64,000 bases of DNA from Podarcis filfolensis (Eukaryota). The stretch lies in assembly GCA_964270895.1 (NCBI GenBank), contig OZ185440.1, one strand, 5' to 3'. The position numbers and the translations under genes are program-made. Below the pieces are notes generated by a model. It was given only the letters and a program-made list of their open reading frames with translations. It made no database searches and was not told where the DNA came from. Of the stretch, positions 23,301 through 36,035 are shown piece after piece (the stretch's first letter is position 1; each line of letters opens with the position of its first letter).

Positions 23301-26300
23301 CTGAAAGTCTAAATCTTAACAGGGATCTGACCACAACAAGGGACTTGTGTCAATATCCCCCACTTTCATGCATTGGGCCAATGACATGTTGGGACAGCCC
23401 CAAGGCTGTCATGGTGGCCATGAAGCCCTGAGCCACCCCAGAGCCAGTTACTTCAGCATGGATGTTGAAGTCCCCCAGAACCAGCAGTCTGGGACTCCTC
23501 AACACAGGCTCTGAGACCAGCTCTGTCAGCTCAGGCAGGGAGACTGCTGGACAGTGAGTAGCCCTAAGCTGCACCTAACACCTTTGCCTCGTTTATCTTT
23601 TATAAAAAAGACCCATTATGTAAATGGGGGGGGGGGGAGAGAATGAAGCAACAGAATGGGGAAACAGAAAGTTATTTGCCAAGTTAACATTGTAATATTA
23701 AAAATGCCCTCTGATTAACTTCAGAGGCAGAAAGTTAGTTCCATGTCCCAACTGCTTCTTCTCATGAAGAATGCTGCAAAATCCAGATGTCTAATTTTTA
23801 TTTTAAAACTACTTGTGGGAACAGTGCAGTTTGCAGAAGACAGAGCTAGCTTGTGATCCATTTCCCAATGATTTTCCCAGGACTCTTCTCCTGGCTACAT
23901 ATTCTGCTGGGGTCCCATTATCAGGCATGATAACCTGACCTCAGATGGAAGCATAAGAGCGCAGAGACATAGTCAGAACAGTTGAGGCTTAAGGAGCAAA
24001 GAAACAAGTTCAGCCATGCACAACTGGCACCTCTAGTGGGCCTCTAATGCAAACACACAGCTATTATTTCTGAGACCAGCCAGAACCCACACTGATATTA
24101 CAGCCCAAACTCCAATGGACCTTTAACAGCTTTAAAAGGAGAATAAATAGGAAATGAAAGCAATCAAGCATCCACACAGGGCTCCAACGACCAACATAGT
24201 AGCCTACCCTCTGACTCCGCAGTGTGACACCTGCAGACTTGAAGTCCGGAAACTTGATGCCAGCAGTCTCTGGAACAGCCTAAAAGAGAAAGAGATAGCA
24301 TATGTTTAGAAAAGGAAATGCAAAAGGATGTACAAGGACCACTCTCTGACAGAGAGGCAGCTGTCAATGTCTGCACTAAGAAGGCCCTGCTAAGCAAGAC
24401 TGGGGGAAACTATGGATTTTGAGAACTGCACCCATTAATTTTAATGCCTTTTAAATTGCCAAAGGCGGCTTTGATATGTTAAGATATCAACAATTTCTGC
24501 TGGTACAAATCTAGCCATACTAGGAACGTACTACAAATTATGGAGGCAAATTGCATCTAAAACAACCAGTGGGACATGGAAAGGGTTTCATAGCGCTAGG
24601 CGAAACAAAATAGCACAAACTATACTGACATAACATGTGACACTGTCCTTAAAAGCAGCACTACCCTAACAGCAGTCTCTTCTGGATGAACCACAAAGAT
24701 TCTACTAGGCTAAAATCTACAGGGCCTCACACTAGCTAGGACTGTAAGAATGCTATTCAGGTCTCCTAGGTCTCCAAAACCTCAATTAACTTCTACATCT
24801 TTGTTTTGCCCAATTCCTGAAAACAGACTCCAATAGATAAAATTACTTTCATGAATCATTTTACACAAAGTTAGTCAACCACCACACTGATTTGCTCACT
24901 GGTTTAAAATCTGTTTGCTTTGATCCATTCTGAATTATTTTAGCCTCAATCTTTTTACTATGCTGCATAAAGTAGAATGCCCATTGCTACCTGAACAGTC
25001 TGAAGATAGGGACATTTCTAAAGCATAGAATGTCCCTATTTTCATGCGGAATATTGGAGGGTATGCCTTCTGGCCCCCAGCCCTAAAGCATTATAGCAAT
25101 AGTCAATTAAATTCTTGCACAAGCACAAGGATTAGCTCTAGCACAATGGGATTTCTTCCTTCCTCTTTCCTGTGAACCAAATCTGATCCAGAGGGTTGGG
25201 GGAACCCCCAGAACAGAATTGGGGACGCATCAGGTGAGAAAAGAACATTCAGTTGAGCAAAGGAAACCCTTGAACTGACAGAACATTCACCTTAACACTA
25301 CACTGGATGCAACCTTATAGTCTTGACCTGTAGAACTCACAACACGCTAGTATAACTACAAACCTGGATATAAAGCAGGTTTTAAAACCCTGCGTCGTCC
25401 CAAGTATGGATATATTTTGGAGTGCAACTCTGAAATGCAAAATTATGACTTCTCAAAATCCTGAGAATCTAAGATTTGTTTAAGAATATCTTTAAACTTT
25501 CCCCACCTGATCATTGCATGTTTTCTGTTCCATGTTTACGGCCAATAAACCAGGATTTGTATCACTTTCCATTAACTATTTAACTTCTGTACCATTTGTA
25601 CTAAACAACTTTACTATTCTTGTTCTAGCCATTTGTTCCCTGCATGAACTTCATGCTGTGGGGAAATATACCCATCTCACAGTGCCTTGCATTTTTCACC
25701 AGGAATAATGTCTTTCTCTTCTAGCCAAATATTTTCCCATTACAAGCTAAGCATGTAATTTATCCGCTGTTTAAACACTGCAGATTCACAAATGCTTCAA
25801 TACAATAAATTCTTGGACAATTAAGCTATAATTTTAAAAGCGTGTGTGCATATCCTCAGCAGAGGAAGAAAGAAACCCAACATAATAAGCTCTATTGCAG
25901 ATCCCTTTATCTTTGCCTCCAAATAACGTGGGTCTTGCTTAATTAACAGGGAGCTATAGTAATCCTAGGAAGCTGTTAAAGCTGACTGGAAGTCAAAAGA
26001 CAGGGGCTGAGTTGGATACATATATGTTTGGATACATATATGCTTCTCAAAAGAAAAATTGTTACCAGTCCAACACATCATTCTATTGAACATCTTCTAT
26101 TAATAATAATAAAAAAAGCCTTTCCACCCAGAAATTTCAATATTGTAAAGAGATATACCATGGATCATCCATGAGACAACTGATATATTCTGTGAACCCA
26201 AGGAAATACTGATGACTAGTACAATAATCACTGAGATAATTCGCTGAGCAGGGAATTATCTCCCGTCATTTAGCAGCAAACTTTCTGACTTGTGTTTGGC

Positions 26301-29300
26301 CAAGACCTAACCTGTTGAAGCTATGCCATTTGATTTCCCACATTGCAAACAAAGGAAAGCCCCCATTCACAGCCCAGGAAACTGTGTTGATTACAACAAA
26401 TTAGTTATTCTATCCCTTCGGGACACCGGAGGGAAGATAATATGACAAATTCCCTTTATCATTTGGCCCTTCACCAAAGAGTCAAAATCTGTTGTGGGGG
26501 CTCTTTAGCCTGACACACACAGTATTAAAGAACACTTTATTGCAGTCCCTAGTTAATAAATTGAACCTAGTGCCTAGGGTGACCTGAAGCCAAAGCAAGA
26601 AAGATGGACTACCGTGATGGCCGCAGGAGGGGGTACAGATACTCTCTATACCGACCGCATCAGCAGCAATGCATGCTGGGACCTGCAGACTCCGCTCCAT
26701 ACTAAATTTACTGATGCAACCAAACTTCTCCATGTTATTCTGTTCAAGAGAATCCTGGAGCAGTTTTGGGCATGCCCCTGCCATCTCCCCTTGACAATTA
26801 TCCGCCTAATCCCTAATGAAAATGAGGGACACACTAACTCCTTCCCACACTGCACAGTCTGTCTTCACCTCACATCAGAGCAATTAAACAGGTTGCTATC
26901 CCTCACACGCCAGCATGAGCTGTAAATGCTTCAACCTCAATTGACTCTTTGGTAAATGACTTCCCTTTGTTGAGATGATGCTGATACAGCCCTCAATTCA
27001 AATTCTTAGTTAAAATGCATTTTTTTTTCAAAAAACACACACACACGTTTCCCTGCTACAGTTGGTAATTGACTCCTAATGGACTCTGTCATGGTTGAAA
27101 CAGCACTAGTGCAACAACAGAAGCTGCCTTCAGGAGCCCTGAGGTGCTTACCTATAGGCAGGCACAAGGGCCCCAGGCAATACTGGGGGAGACAGCCAAA
27201 CACGCCTCAAGCATTTTGAGTGGCTATTTGATTCCACATGCTGCATGGCATGGAACAATCTGGCTGACTAAGAGGCAAAGGGAAACTGAAACCACAAACC
27301 TTCAGGGCAGCCCAACCCAAGTCAGCAGAGCAGTCCTAACAAGCAGTAAGCCTGTAGTGACACAAAGTGGTGCACACTTTTTTTTCTTTTCTTTTTTAAG
27401 TATGTAGTGGCTTCTTCCTACTCATCTCCCTCCTTAGAGCCATCTGAAAGGCAGAGTCCTTTCCCCAGAAACTGCATGGCGTCAATGCGGTAATTCCACA
27501 GTGTATTCTAAATAAAACACAGTGCTAGACATTTCATATATTATTAAGACATTCCGTTGTTCCACCACTCACTACATGTAAATCATATTGTGGTCTAATA
27601 TTTCATAGAATGAGTGAGAAGTTCACAACTGAACATAGGAAAGGTAGAGGCAAAGAGGCATTGCATTTACATTGGTATTTTTTGTACACCACCTTGGTGT
27701 TCTGTGTATGGGTGGTATATAATTTTTTCTTTATAAATAAATGAATGTCAATGCTGCTCCTTATGTTATCCATTTACACCTACCATCTTGATGTTTTAGG
27801 AAGGCATAAAAACACTTGTTCTAGGTGAGGGCAGGAACATCAACTAAAGATCATTCTCTTTAACATTTCAAAAATATTGGCTTAACCCTAGATTGGAAGA
27901 GCTTCAATTCCTCTGCAAGCCTGTCAATTATGCCAGAACCAGAAGCTCTGGGAAACCCGAGAAGGGAGTCTGACCACTACCTCATCCTGTAATTGTAATT
28001 TTTTAGAAGAAATCAGCTGAAAAATGTGCTTCTTTCAAATTTCCCTAATCTCCCCTTGTGTTGCTATGCTGCATGGCACAAAGAAGAGCAAGTTCCTTGC
28101 TGTGTATTCACTAACCACTGAACTGCTTGCTCTCTGAGAGGGCTTTGCATGAGTCCAGTTTCTCTCATTCCTAGTGCAGCACTTTCAAGTCCTTCCAGCT
28201 TAACCAAAATCCCTCTGCAGCTTGCTATGATTGAAACCCAACTTTTCTCCACACCCCCAGAGATATGAGGGTCTAAAAAGAAACAAACAAAAACACAGAA
28301 ACAATGCTTATATGGCGAGGACCGACAAACCACCCCTCACTCCCTGCCCCAGGCCGTGGCAGACAAATGGCAAGGTAGAGCCCTAACAAAGAGGGCAGGC
28401 ACAAGATATTTACAGGCTTCTCCGTCTCTTTCTTCTGTGGCAACTTCTTCTTGGGTGCCTTGCGCTCTGCACGTCTTTGTTCAGTGGTGGTGTCAGCGGC
28501 GGTGATGAGTTTCTGCAAGTCTTGTGTTCGCTTCTCCCTCTCTTTCTTCCTGGCTTCGATTTTCCGCAACTCCTGGATTAGATATTCCTCCTCTGCCACC
28601 TACAGGTGAAACGGAAACATGACTGGAAAAGCAATCCAAAGGGGCCACTTAATGGCAACAGATGTGCTTCTGGCCTGGGTTTCACCTGCCCTGTGGTCTT
28701 CTGGGAGCCAAGTAATATACTACTAGAGAAACAAAAGCAGCAACAAATAGTACAATGTTCTCGCCCAAGCAATTTTTAAAGGCTCATGAAGACTTGAAAC
28801 ACTATATTCCACAGCCAATCAGATTCCAAAGCTCTCACAATGTATATAGCAGGCTGTAGTATATAGATTCTACGTTGTTAATGTCACTATTTCATTGTCT
28901 CTCTTTTCATATCTCCTGCCTATATAAGGGCTCTTCACAGTCTCACTTTCTTCCACCACACATAATTTACAAGTCCCTGCCTTTCCTTTCTTGACCCCTT
29001 CCCCCATTTTCAGCACACAGGCTGCCCTTGCTATACCCTCAGATACTCCTGCTCACAGAGCTTTCTGAGTGTGTTTAACACAGTCAAACCTACCTTTCAC
29101 TTTGTTTCATTTCCTCAGAAATATGAATGTTTATTAACATTCTCAGCCAATACCAGATCAGGCAGTTGCTGCCAGCACCTTCACCACCAAACTACGAGCT
29201 ACAAAAGACAAACTACAAGCTACAAAATGATGGCGTGTCTAGGGTGTTTCATGAAAGCAACTGTTTTTCTCCAGGTAATGCAAGTACCCATACAGTAGTT

Positions 29301-32300
29301 TCGGGGACCTAATCCGCTCAACAACTTCAATCCTAAAAAAAGGTCAACAACTTTGGTTGGCCCTTTGGTCGGCCCTCACAGCCCTTCACTTCATCAAATC
29401 TGGCCCTCTTTGAAAAAAGTGTGGACACCACTGCATTACTGAAAAGAAAAATATGCTAAATGCATTGTCTGAAATCCAGAGATAGAACTTGACAAGCGTA
29501 ATCAGCACTATGCTTCTATCCTTCTCAGACAAAACTCAAATAAAACATATTTTAACACACTTTGTTTTCTAGTAGTTATTCCATTATTCACATTGATCAC
29601 TTAATATGTGTATGCCCATTACTTGATAAATCACGCTTAAAGGATGGCAGGTGCACCTACTACTACCTCCAACAGGAGTCACATTAGCAGCCCTGAAGGG
29701 CACTGGGGAGTACCCAGAAATGATGAGCTATTGCTACAGATACAGTGTAAGATAATGTGAGGCCAGGCTCCCTTGCAACATTTCCTGACATTACCTGCTC
29801 TGGTGTCCGATTATATAGCCTCTCTAGCTGTTCTTTCCGGCGCCTTTCATGGCCAGCATCAAAAACAGGGATTTTCAAGTCAGTGCCTGGGGTAGCACGG
29901 ATGTTGGCCAGCTTGGCACAGATGTGATAGTAGCGCTCCTTTAAATCTTCCACTGACCGCTTCTAAGGAGAGAACAAGGATACAACTGAGCTTAAAGAAA
30001 TCTAACACCATGAAAAAATAGCTTAAAGTTATGCAACATGAACAAAGCATCAGAGAAATGTTAGGAAAATGATTGTAATCAGCGCCAATGAGTGAACTCT
30101 ATCACAGGAAATAGTTTTATTTATTTCCAGTATCTGCAAAGCATCCAATAACTTAGCGCTCTCTGGGCAGTAGTATCCAGGCTTAGTTATCACAATATCG
30201 TGGTCCCATGCTACATACAAGGCTTTGTTGCTCTTCATTCAATAATCACAAATCAAGACAGGACTGCATATTCTGGGAACTTCCCTCACCAATACAATTT
30301 TATTAAAAATATAGCCATTCTCCAAAATCCTCTGTTCCATGTCCCCTGATTCCATGGCAACATCTTCACTAACACTCTCCATCTCACCTCACTTAATCAA
30401 TTACCCAGCAGTAGAAACCCTAAAATTCTTTTTCTAGCTTAATCAACTTAGTTCTTCTCCTTGCACATGACATCAGGTTTTGGGCAAGTAAGGGTGGGGA
30501 TTAAAAGGAGCTACTGGGAGCTTAAAGTGGGTTGCTGATTGTTCCTTTGCTGGAGTAAGAGAGGCTCCCAAAGAGAGGGCCCAGGGCTGAATAAAGGAGC
30601 ACACCCAAACTGCAAACATGTGTCTACAGGGAGAGTACAACTCCATCCAGCACAGCCTTTTGACTGACCAGGAGCACCTCTGTTTTGTGTGGATTAAGTT
30701 TCTATTTGTTCGCCCTCATCCAGTCCATCACTGATGACAGACACTGGTTTAGAATCAAGACAACTTCCTTGAATTTAGGTGGAAAGGAGAAATAGAGCAG
30801 GGTGTCAACAGCATACTGGTGACACTGAACTTCAACGCTCCAGACAACCTCTCCCAGCAGTTTCATGTAAATGTTAAAGAGCATGGGGGACAGAACACAA
30901 CCTTGAGAGACACCAAAGGTCAACAGCCAATGTGTCAAACAGGAGTCCTCCAGCACCCCCTTCTAGGTTCACCCCTCCAAGAAGAAACAAAGCCATTGTA
31001 AAACTGCTGCAAGCTGCATTCCAACAAGGCATCCCAAGTTGGTATTGAAAGCCACTGAAAAGTCCAGCAGAACCAAAAGGGACACACTCCCCCTGTCCAA
31101 TTCCTGGCATGTCATCCACCAAGGCAACCAAAGCCATCTCGCTCCCATAACCAGGCCTGAAACCAGATTGAAATAGATCTAGATAATCTGTCTCATCCAT
31201 GATCTGAGATGCCAACACACACTCCAGATACCTTGCTTTCTAGGGTGGAACATCTTAATCACACCCACACACCCACTAAGGTTATGAGCTTCAGCGAGTC
31301 TAAACCCCACCAAGGAGTGATCTGATCATGACAGTGGAACTAACAGAAAGTTCCTCCACACTAAGATCACCATAATCCAATCCAGCACAGAAAACCAAGT
31401 CCAGAATGTGCCCTGCAGCATGCGTAGGGCCAGATATTACTTAGGACAGATTCATGGTTGTCATGGCAGCCATGAAAACCTGAGCCAGTCCTGACAAGGC
31501 ATCAGCACAAATGTTGAAGTTCTCCAGCACAACAAGTTGAGAGGACTCCAACACCAAGACTACTCCTGCTAGAAATGAGACTGTTGAGTGATAGGGTGGG
31601 TAGTACACCAACAGAATCCCTATTCTGTCCTAGCTATCTCACCTCCAAATAAACACTGTTGAGATGCCTCTCAGAGCTTAACAACCCAGCTTTCCCTTGC
31701 TTTTATAAGTCTCTTACTCAATGCAGCTGGTGCTTATAATGTTTCACACAAAACTTCAGGAAGAGAATTCAGGAACCCTTAACAGGCATGTATTATTTTA
31801 ACCAGCACACTGCATTGTCCATGTCTGCAGATCCTTCAGCTGGAAATAAGTTTTATTCAACAAACTGCACCATGGCAACTTCACTGTAGACGGTATTAGC
31901 TGACAGGCACTTACTTTGAACTGCTGGTGGTCATAACGGTCATGAATGACCACAAAGCGAAGATCGAACCGTCTGGATAAGTCAAAGAGGTGGTCTGTTT
32001 CAGCTTTGGTCCAAGCATCATCATGAAGGTACATCTGATACTCCTGTTCTGAGTAAATTGGAATTTGCACTGTCTGCAGAAGGAAAGAACAGACTGAATG
32101 AGACGGCTTGCCCAACATGCTCCCCCTCATGCAGGATTGTTTCATCTAGCAGGATTACTTTGAGGTAAAACAAACCCACGATTTCACAGGAAAGAAATCC
32201 AGTTGCCCTCTTCTATGCCCCAATCACAAGTATCTTCAAAATGTAAGCTTTATTTCCCGCGTCCCATCTTTGCTGCCACCCAAATGATACAGTGGGGGCC

Positions 32301-35300
32301 GCTAGTTCCATCCATTAGTTTTATCTGTTACTCAATCCTGGGCCCCCAATGTTTAAGGGGCAGAGGAGGCTAAGCACACAGCCGAATGTGGCGCAGCTTT
32401 AGTGGCCGGTTCCTTCAGAGCACTCGGCCTCCTCCTGACGATGCAACATTGCGTGTGATGTCACACATGGCGGGCCCCCTCAATCTCGGGGGCAATTGCA
32501 CCTTTACTCAATGCTATCTCCTTATATGAACAGCACAGATGTGTTCCCAGTTGATAATCTACTTTTTCTGCTTTCAACATAACACAGGGGGAAGATGTAC
32601 CCGTGATAATCACATCTGAGGAATGTGCCTCTCTCCTAACACAACCTCCACTCGGGGCACTACATCAGAAGTATAAAAAGCAGAAGTGCAAAGCTTGTTT
32701 GGGAATCTAACAAATGTTCAACTCTACCCTGGGGGTGCCAACTCTACTGGAAAGAATTTCAGTTTCAGATGTCACAGTATAATAAAGTTTGCAATGCTCC
32801 TGGTCCAATCTGACCTCACATAATTTTGTGTGTTTGTGGGGGTGTTGCTAATTTTTTGTGACTTTTTCATGCTAACTTGCGGCTTTGAGGCACTATCCAA
32901 TGTTATTTAGATGCCTTCCAAATCAGGACGTTCAGTGTGAACACTGATAAGTAGCAACAGTGCACATGCCCCACAGTACTCAAGTATTTAAAAAATTTAA
33001 AGAATACTGCAGAGTTTAATGTCCTGTGATACCAGAATCAGTCTTACACTTTTGAAGTTAGTATGAGAATTAACCCTAGAAATAGCAAGTGAAAGAAAGA
33101 GGGTATTTGGAGATGTCCTTTGAGATACTTTGGGACAAATTTATCCACTCACTCCCATTTCACAAGCTCTGTTCAAGCCTTCATACTTAATACAAGCTCT
33201 GATCAAGCTTCCATACTTTGTTGAATCTGGCGAAAGGGTAATCCTTGCCCTCTTCTGCTGCCCTCCTCCAGTGGTAAAACATGGCCCCATCCTTCCTAGC
33301 AGGGTTGGTGAAAGGCATCCACTTCCAAGGCCGCACTTTCTTAGATCCCAGCTTTGCCTTAACTGTGCGGTAGCCCTGCGTTGTGTCACTTGGAAGAAGG
33401 GGAGGTGCATCCCTGAAACAAAGACAAGGTACAAATTAATGGAACCTATTGTCTGCATGAGGCTCATTTTGCATATTTAATCCCCTTCTATGATCTCTGA
33501 GGAATGCTTAAAGATCAGTGTAAAGCTAGGACACTGTCCCACCCCCCCACCCCGTTATTTAGCCTGGGTGTGCATTGGCTAGTAGCAGCTCTGCTTGCAG
33601 CTGCTCTTGACACGGAGCCTGGTTTTCCACTTCCTCAAGTTGCTGCTCATGTTCACTGGCATGAAGTGTAAAAAAAGGGCAAATGGAACTGTTAGACCTT
33701 AAAAAAAGAGCATGTCCAAAGATCTCCTAGGACAGATCCCAAGAACAAGTATGTTTCAGGAATAGGATGCCTCTTTGCTTGAAGCTATAAAAGATGGAGC
33801 TGGTGGTATTATTAAGGGCTCACTGGGTAGCAAGGTTAGCTCTAGTGACCATTTTTTCCCCATCTGTTCAATTCCTCTACAAAAGATGAGAAAGCCAACC
33901 AAAAAAACCAAAAAGTTGGTCTTATAATCACCTCTAAGGTGTCACTTTTCCTGATAGCAAGGAAGAGACCTCTTAGAAGTTAAATACAAGCTAAAGGCTA
34001 ATCACAGCACATTCTCATAATGGAATACCATAGTTTCCTGTTATGCACTTTCAAATACTGCAGGATACAGAAAATCTGCTTCTTTCATTCAATCTAGGAA
34101 TCCACGAAGCATAGTGCTCCTAAAACATTATTTAGGCAAGGCATAATAGCACGGCCTTGTTACAATTCAGCCTCTGACATCTCTTGCCCTTTACTTGCTT
34201 CTGATTCTCCTTCATCATCTACCACAAACAGATGAACGTTTGAAAATACAGATAAATTCAAGGAACAAAACAGAATGTGAGAGTTGAGAAATCTGTTACA
34301 ATTCATGTGAACTTTCCATTGTCTAAGGTTCATGAACCCAAAATGAAAATTCAGAATCAAAAACTATAGCTCTTCCAGACAGTATATAGTTCAGTATTTC
34401 CCAACATTCTTTTTAAAAGGAGAGTTCCATGCCCTCAACATCTGAAATTTTTACATATCAAAAGGGCTTCACACATTTAGATTATGGAGATCAAAAATGC
34501 TGAAACAGCACTTCCAGTAGAGCAAGTCATAGATACTAGGAAGGGGCTAAAGGTAAAAACACTATCGAAAGCTGGAGAAAGTAAATTTTCAAGAACAGAC
34601 TTGTCAAGGCTTTCATCTGTCAAATACCTAGGAGATGAGAGGCTGGTTTAAGGAAAACACCAACTATCCAGGTAACAAAACTTACTTTTTATCAGAGTAC
34701 AGCAGAGCATAGACCTCCCGGTGCATTCCTTCTGGTCTCTTAAATGTGAGGGTCTCCGATGACTTCTTGGATTTTTTCTGAAAAATAAGGTTTTTATCAA
34801 AGGCTGTGCAACCTTAACACCAAAATTATGTGGGAGTATAAACTTCAGTCTCTGTTTATTCTGATTTTTACATCTGACAGATTGTATCTGTTCTCTCCTA
34901 TGTAATGCCTCAAAACATCACAATCCAGCTTTATTGATCTAACTTTAGTCAAGCTTAAACTCTCAGTACAAAAACATATGAGCAGCAAGAGGATGTTGTT
35001 TATATTTTGCTTTCCTGCAAAGTCTTCACTTCCTACTTTACTCATAGTTCTCAAAATGCAGGAACATTCTGGAGGTAGGGATTAAGAGGGTAGCAGAATT
35101 TCTATTTGATGACAGACAATACCTGCAGTGTCAACCAGACCTCCCAAAGTTCCGCAGACAAACCAACTTTCCCTAATTCTCCCATCCCTCCACATTTCTG
35201 TCATTCTGCTGCAGGTGTGATTCTCATTTATACTCAACAATCTAAACAATGCTGCAAATATAAACAGGAAGCAGCAAAAAGCAAGAGAGAGGAGCCCTTC

Positions 35301-35909
35301 ATTGAATATAGCCTGAGAGGTTTCCTGAGACCCTGCAAATCCTAGTGTAAAGAATGTAAATGTAAATATCATTAACAAAAGTAGAATGGATTGCTATTTT
35401 CCTTATGCCCAAAAAGGACATTCAAATTATGCATCCCAGCTTTATGCTGTATATAGATGAAACAAAATTGAAATAAGTGATACCACATTGCTTTCACCAG
35501 CAGGTACAGAGATATTAATTTCTTTAGACACTCAAATGTAGAACTATAGGGACAGCACAGAATGAGGATGCTGAAAAATGTGTTATATTTCATATTTCAA
35601 AAAAAGAAAAAGAATCTGATCTTTTATTTCTATTTTTTAAGAGGAATGTAGCCTCACAACTTGTTCAAGAATAGGGTAAACAATATTGCTGTATGCAGCA
35701 ATCATGCTGGCAAAATCCAAAAGAAGATCATGTTGCATGCACATAACTTAGAATTACAAGCACAAAGCTTCTCCTCCTCCTATCCCCTTTCTTCACCCCT
35801 TTTGTACCTTATCAGAATTGATGATATCTTTTTTATTAATAGTTCCTATGTTCTCAGATTCTGTGCCCCCCAGTTCCAATATATCCCGGACATCAGCTCC
35901 TGTAGTCAT
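5286..35909 (-). CDS. DMAP1: DNA methyltransferase 1-associated protein 1 (NuA4/TIP60 and SRCAP subunit), spliced CDS: join(35808..35909,34686..34777,33217..33412,31915..32073,29795..29962,28414..28599,24208..24279,10940..11012,9648..9931,5286..5345), 463 aa
   Basis: Ten minus-strand exons, all GT-AG with consistent phases, sum to 1392 nt. The translation MTTGADVRDILELGG...RKRRESASSSSSVKKVKKP* matches the vertebrate DMAP1 sequence as I recall it, including the SANT-like region WTKAETDHLFDLSRRFDLRFVVIHDRY. Confidence 0.98.
9295..9553 (+). mobile_element. CR1 LINE 3' end
   Basis: gatggagcaagcttgttttctcctgctctg...ggactagatgacccttggg...attctatgatt, the diagnostic CR1 terminus. Confidence 0.88.
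9648..9931 (-). CDS. DMAP1: DMAP1 exon 10 (DLSPMPTEEIVQMFNELRSDLVLLYELKQA...IIDVVGAPLTPNS)
   Basis: 284 nt; acceptor cctcctccag, donor gtgagt; overlaps track ORF 9633..9920. Confidence 0.97.
10175..10305. mobile_element. Palindromic hAT-type MITE, copy 1 (DMAP1 intron 9)
   Basis: Near-complete palindrome; TSD gtctagat/gtctagaa (7/8 match). Confidence 0.85.
10940..11012 (-). CDS. DMAP1: DMAP1 exon 9 (MKLPSSVGQKKIKALEQMLMELGV+G)
   Basis: 73 nt; acceptor ctttgtattccag, donor gtgagt; phase 1 end. Confidence 0.96.
12566..12688. mobile_element. Palindromic hAT-type MITE, copy 2 (DMAP1 intron 8)
   Basis: TIRs cagggtttcctaaact/agtttgggaaaccctg; perfect 8-bp TSD ccttagag. Confidence 0.9.
14457..15123 (+). 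mobile_element. 5'-truncated L1-clade LINE (ORF2 C-terminus, 3' UTR and A-rich tail), antisense in DMAP1 intron 8
   Basis: Open frame 14459-14845 EGTFYHLWWTCPRIKAFWETIYNEMKKV...AARVLLAKYWKTQELPTLEEWQ (end of the L1 ORF2 CCHC region). AATAAA and an A-rich tail follow. Perfect 20-bp TSD aaacaaaacattgggatgag at 14437-14456 and 15124-15143. Confidence 0.93.
16146..16495. mobile_element. Non-autonomous hAT-like element, with a homologous copy at about 60650-60880
   Basis: Shared blocks ggggaacctcaggcc..ccaaatg, actctcc.., ggccctgctt..taccct, gtgtgt..agaaac, acattt; right end gaaggtttgccacatctg. Confidence 0.6.
17425..17525 (+). mobile_element. Short CR1 fragment
   Basis: cattaggaaaggttttcctaactgtcaga...tggaacaggctgcccaaggaggttgtgaaatcacc. 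Confidence 0.6.
18160..18680 (-). mobile_element. Old LINE (L2-like) 3' portion
   Basis: Tail signature atttgtttatttaaagatttacattccacc...aaggcagcatat, plus decayed ORF2-like sequence (gcactttaaatttggcccc). Confidence 0.5.
22420..23580 (-). mobile_element. Decayed L2-clade LINE fragment (APE endonuclease to RT N-terminus)
   Basis: Translations LLVLGDFNIHAE...GLSQHVIGP (APE) and ALDSCSPWLIK...LKEAMVKSFLKKPSLDSENLSNYQPV (RT domain 0/1), with frameshifts and stops. Confidence 0.85.
24208..24279 (-). CDS. DMAP1: DMAP1 exon 8 (AVPETAGIKFPDFKSAGVTLRSQR)
   Basis: 72 nt; acceptor ttctcttttag, donor gtaggc. Confidence 0.96.
28414..28599 (-). CDS. DMAP1: DMAP1 exon 7, coiled-coil (VAEEEYLIQELRKIEARKKE...KKETEKP)
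   Basis: 186 nt; acceptor ttcacctgtag, donor gtaaat. Confidence 0.97.
29795..29962 (-). CDS. DMAP1: DMAP1 exon 6 (KRSVEDLKERYYHICAKLAN...LYNRTPEQ)
   Basis: 168 nt; acceptor ttctccttag, donor gtaatg. Confidence 0.97.
30700..31630 (-). mobile_element. Decayed L2-clade LINE fragment (APE and RT) in DMAP1 intron 5
   Basis: LDLFQSGFRPGYGSEMAL; GVSQGCVLSPMLFNIYMK; HQYAVDTLLY (YADD degraded); DWMRANK; APE-like LENFNI motif near 31520. Confidence 0.87.
31915..32073 (-). CDS. DMAP1: DMAP1 exon 5, SANT/Myb-like domain (TVQIPIYSEQEY...YDHQQFK)
   Basis: 159 nt; acceptor ttccttctgcag, donor gtaagt; lies inside track ORF 31798..32145. Confidence 0.97.
33217..33412 (-). CDS. DMAP1: DMAP1 exon 4 (DAPPLLPSDTTQGYRTVKAKLGSKKVRPWKWMPFTNPARKDGAMFYHWRRAAEEGKDYPFARFNK)
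   Basis: 196 nt; acceptor tctttgtttcag, donor gtatgg; the first base completes the AAG codon begun in exon 3. Confidence 0.97.
34686..34777 (-). CDS. DMAP1: DMAP1 exon 3 (KKSKKSSETLTFKRPEGMHREVYALLYSDK+AA)
   Basis: 92 nt; acceptor ttatttttcag, donor gtaag; phase 2 end. Confidence 0.97.
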
Positions 35910-35917
35910 TTTGTCAC
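35808..35917 (-). CDS. DMAP1: DMAP1 exon 2 (8 nt UTR, ATG at 35909; MTTGADVRDILELGGTESENIGTINKKDIINSDK)
   Basis: Acceptor ttttatttcag, A at -3 of the ATG, donor gtacaa; 102 coding nt. Not in the supplied ORF track because it is too short. Confidence 0.96.
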
Positions 35918-36035
35918 CTGAAATAAAAATCAAGGCATAATTAAAAATTAAGTGAATACCAAAAGGATACAGACTAGCCTTCAGAAAATTAGCTGCAAAA
36001 TTTGTTGACTCCCTCTACATACAACAGACTGCTTG

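Noticed and set aside
28273-29953. Track ORFs 28273..28599 and 29684..29953 shown starting with M
   Set aside because: The M codons are internal GTG (Val) codons of DMAP1 exons 7 and 6, and the tails are intron read-through; they are not separate genes.
33130-33480. Two ~110-aa minus-strand track ORFs over exon 4
   Set aside because: Out-of-frame shadows of DMAP1 exon 4; the true frame is different.
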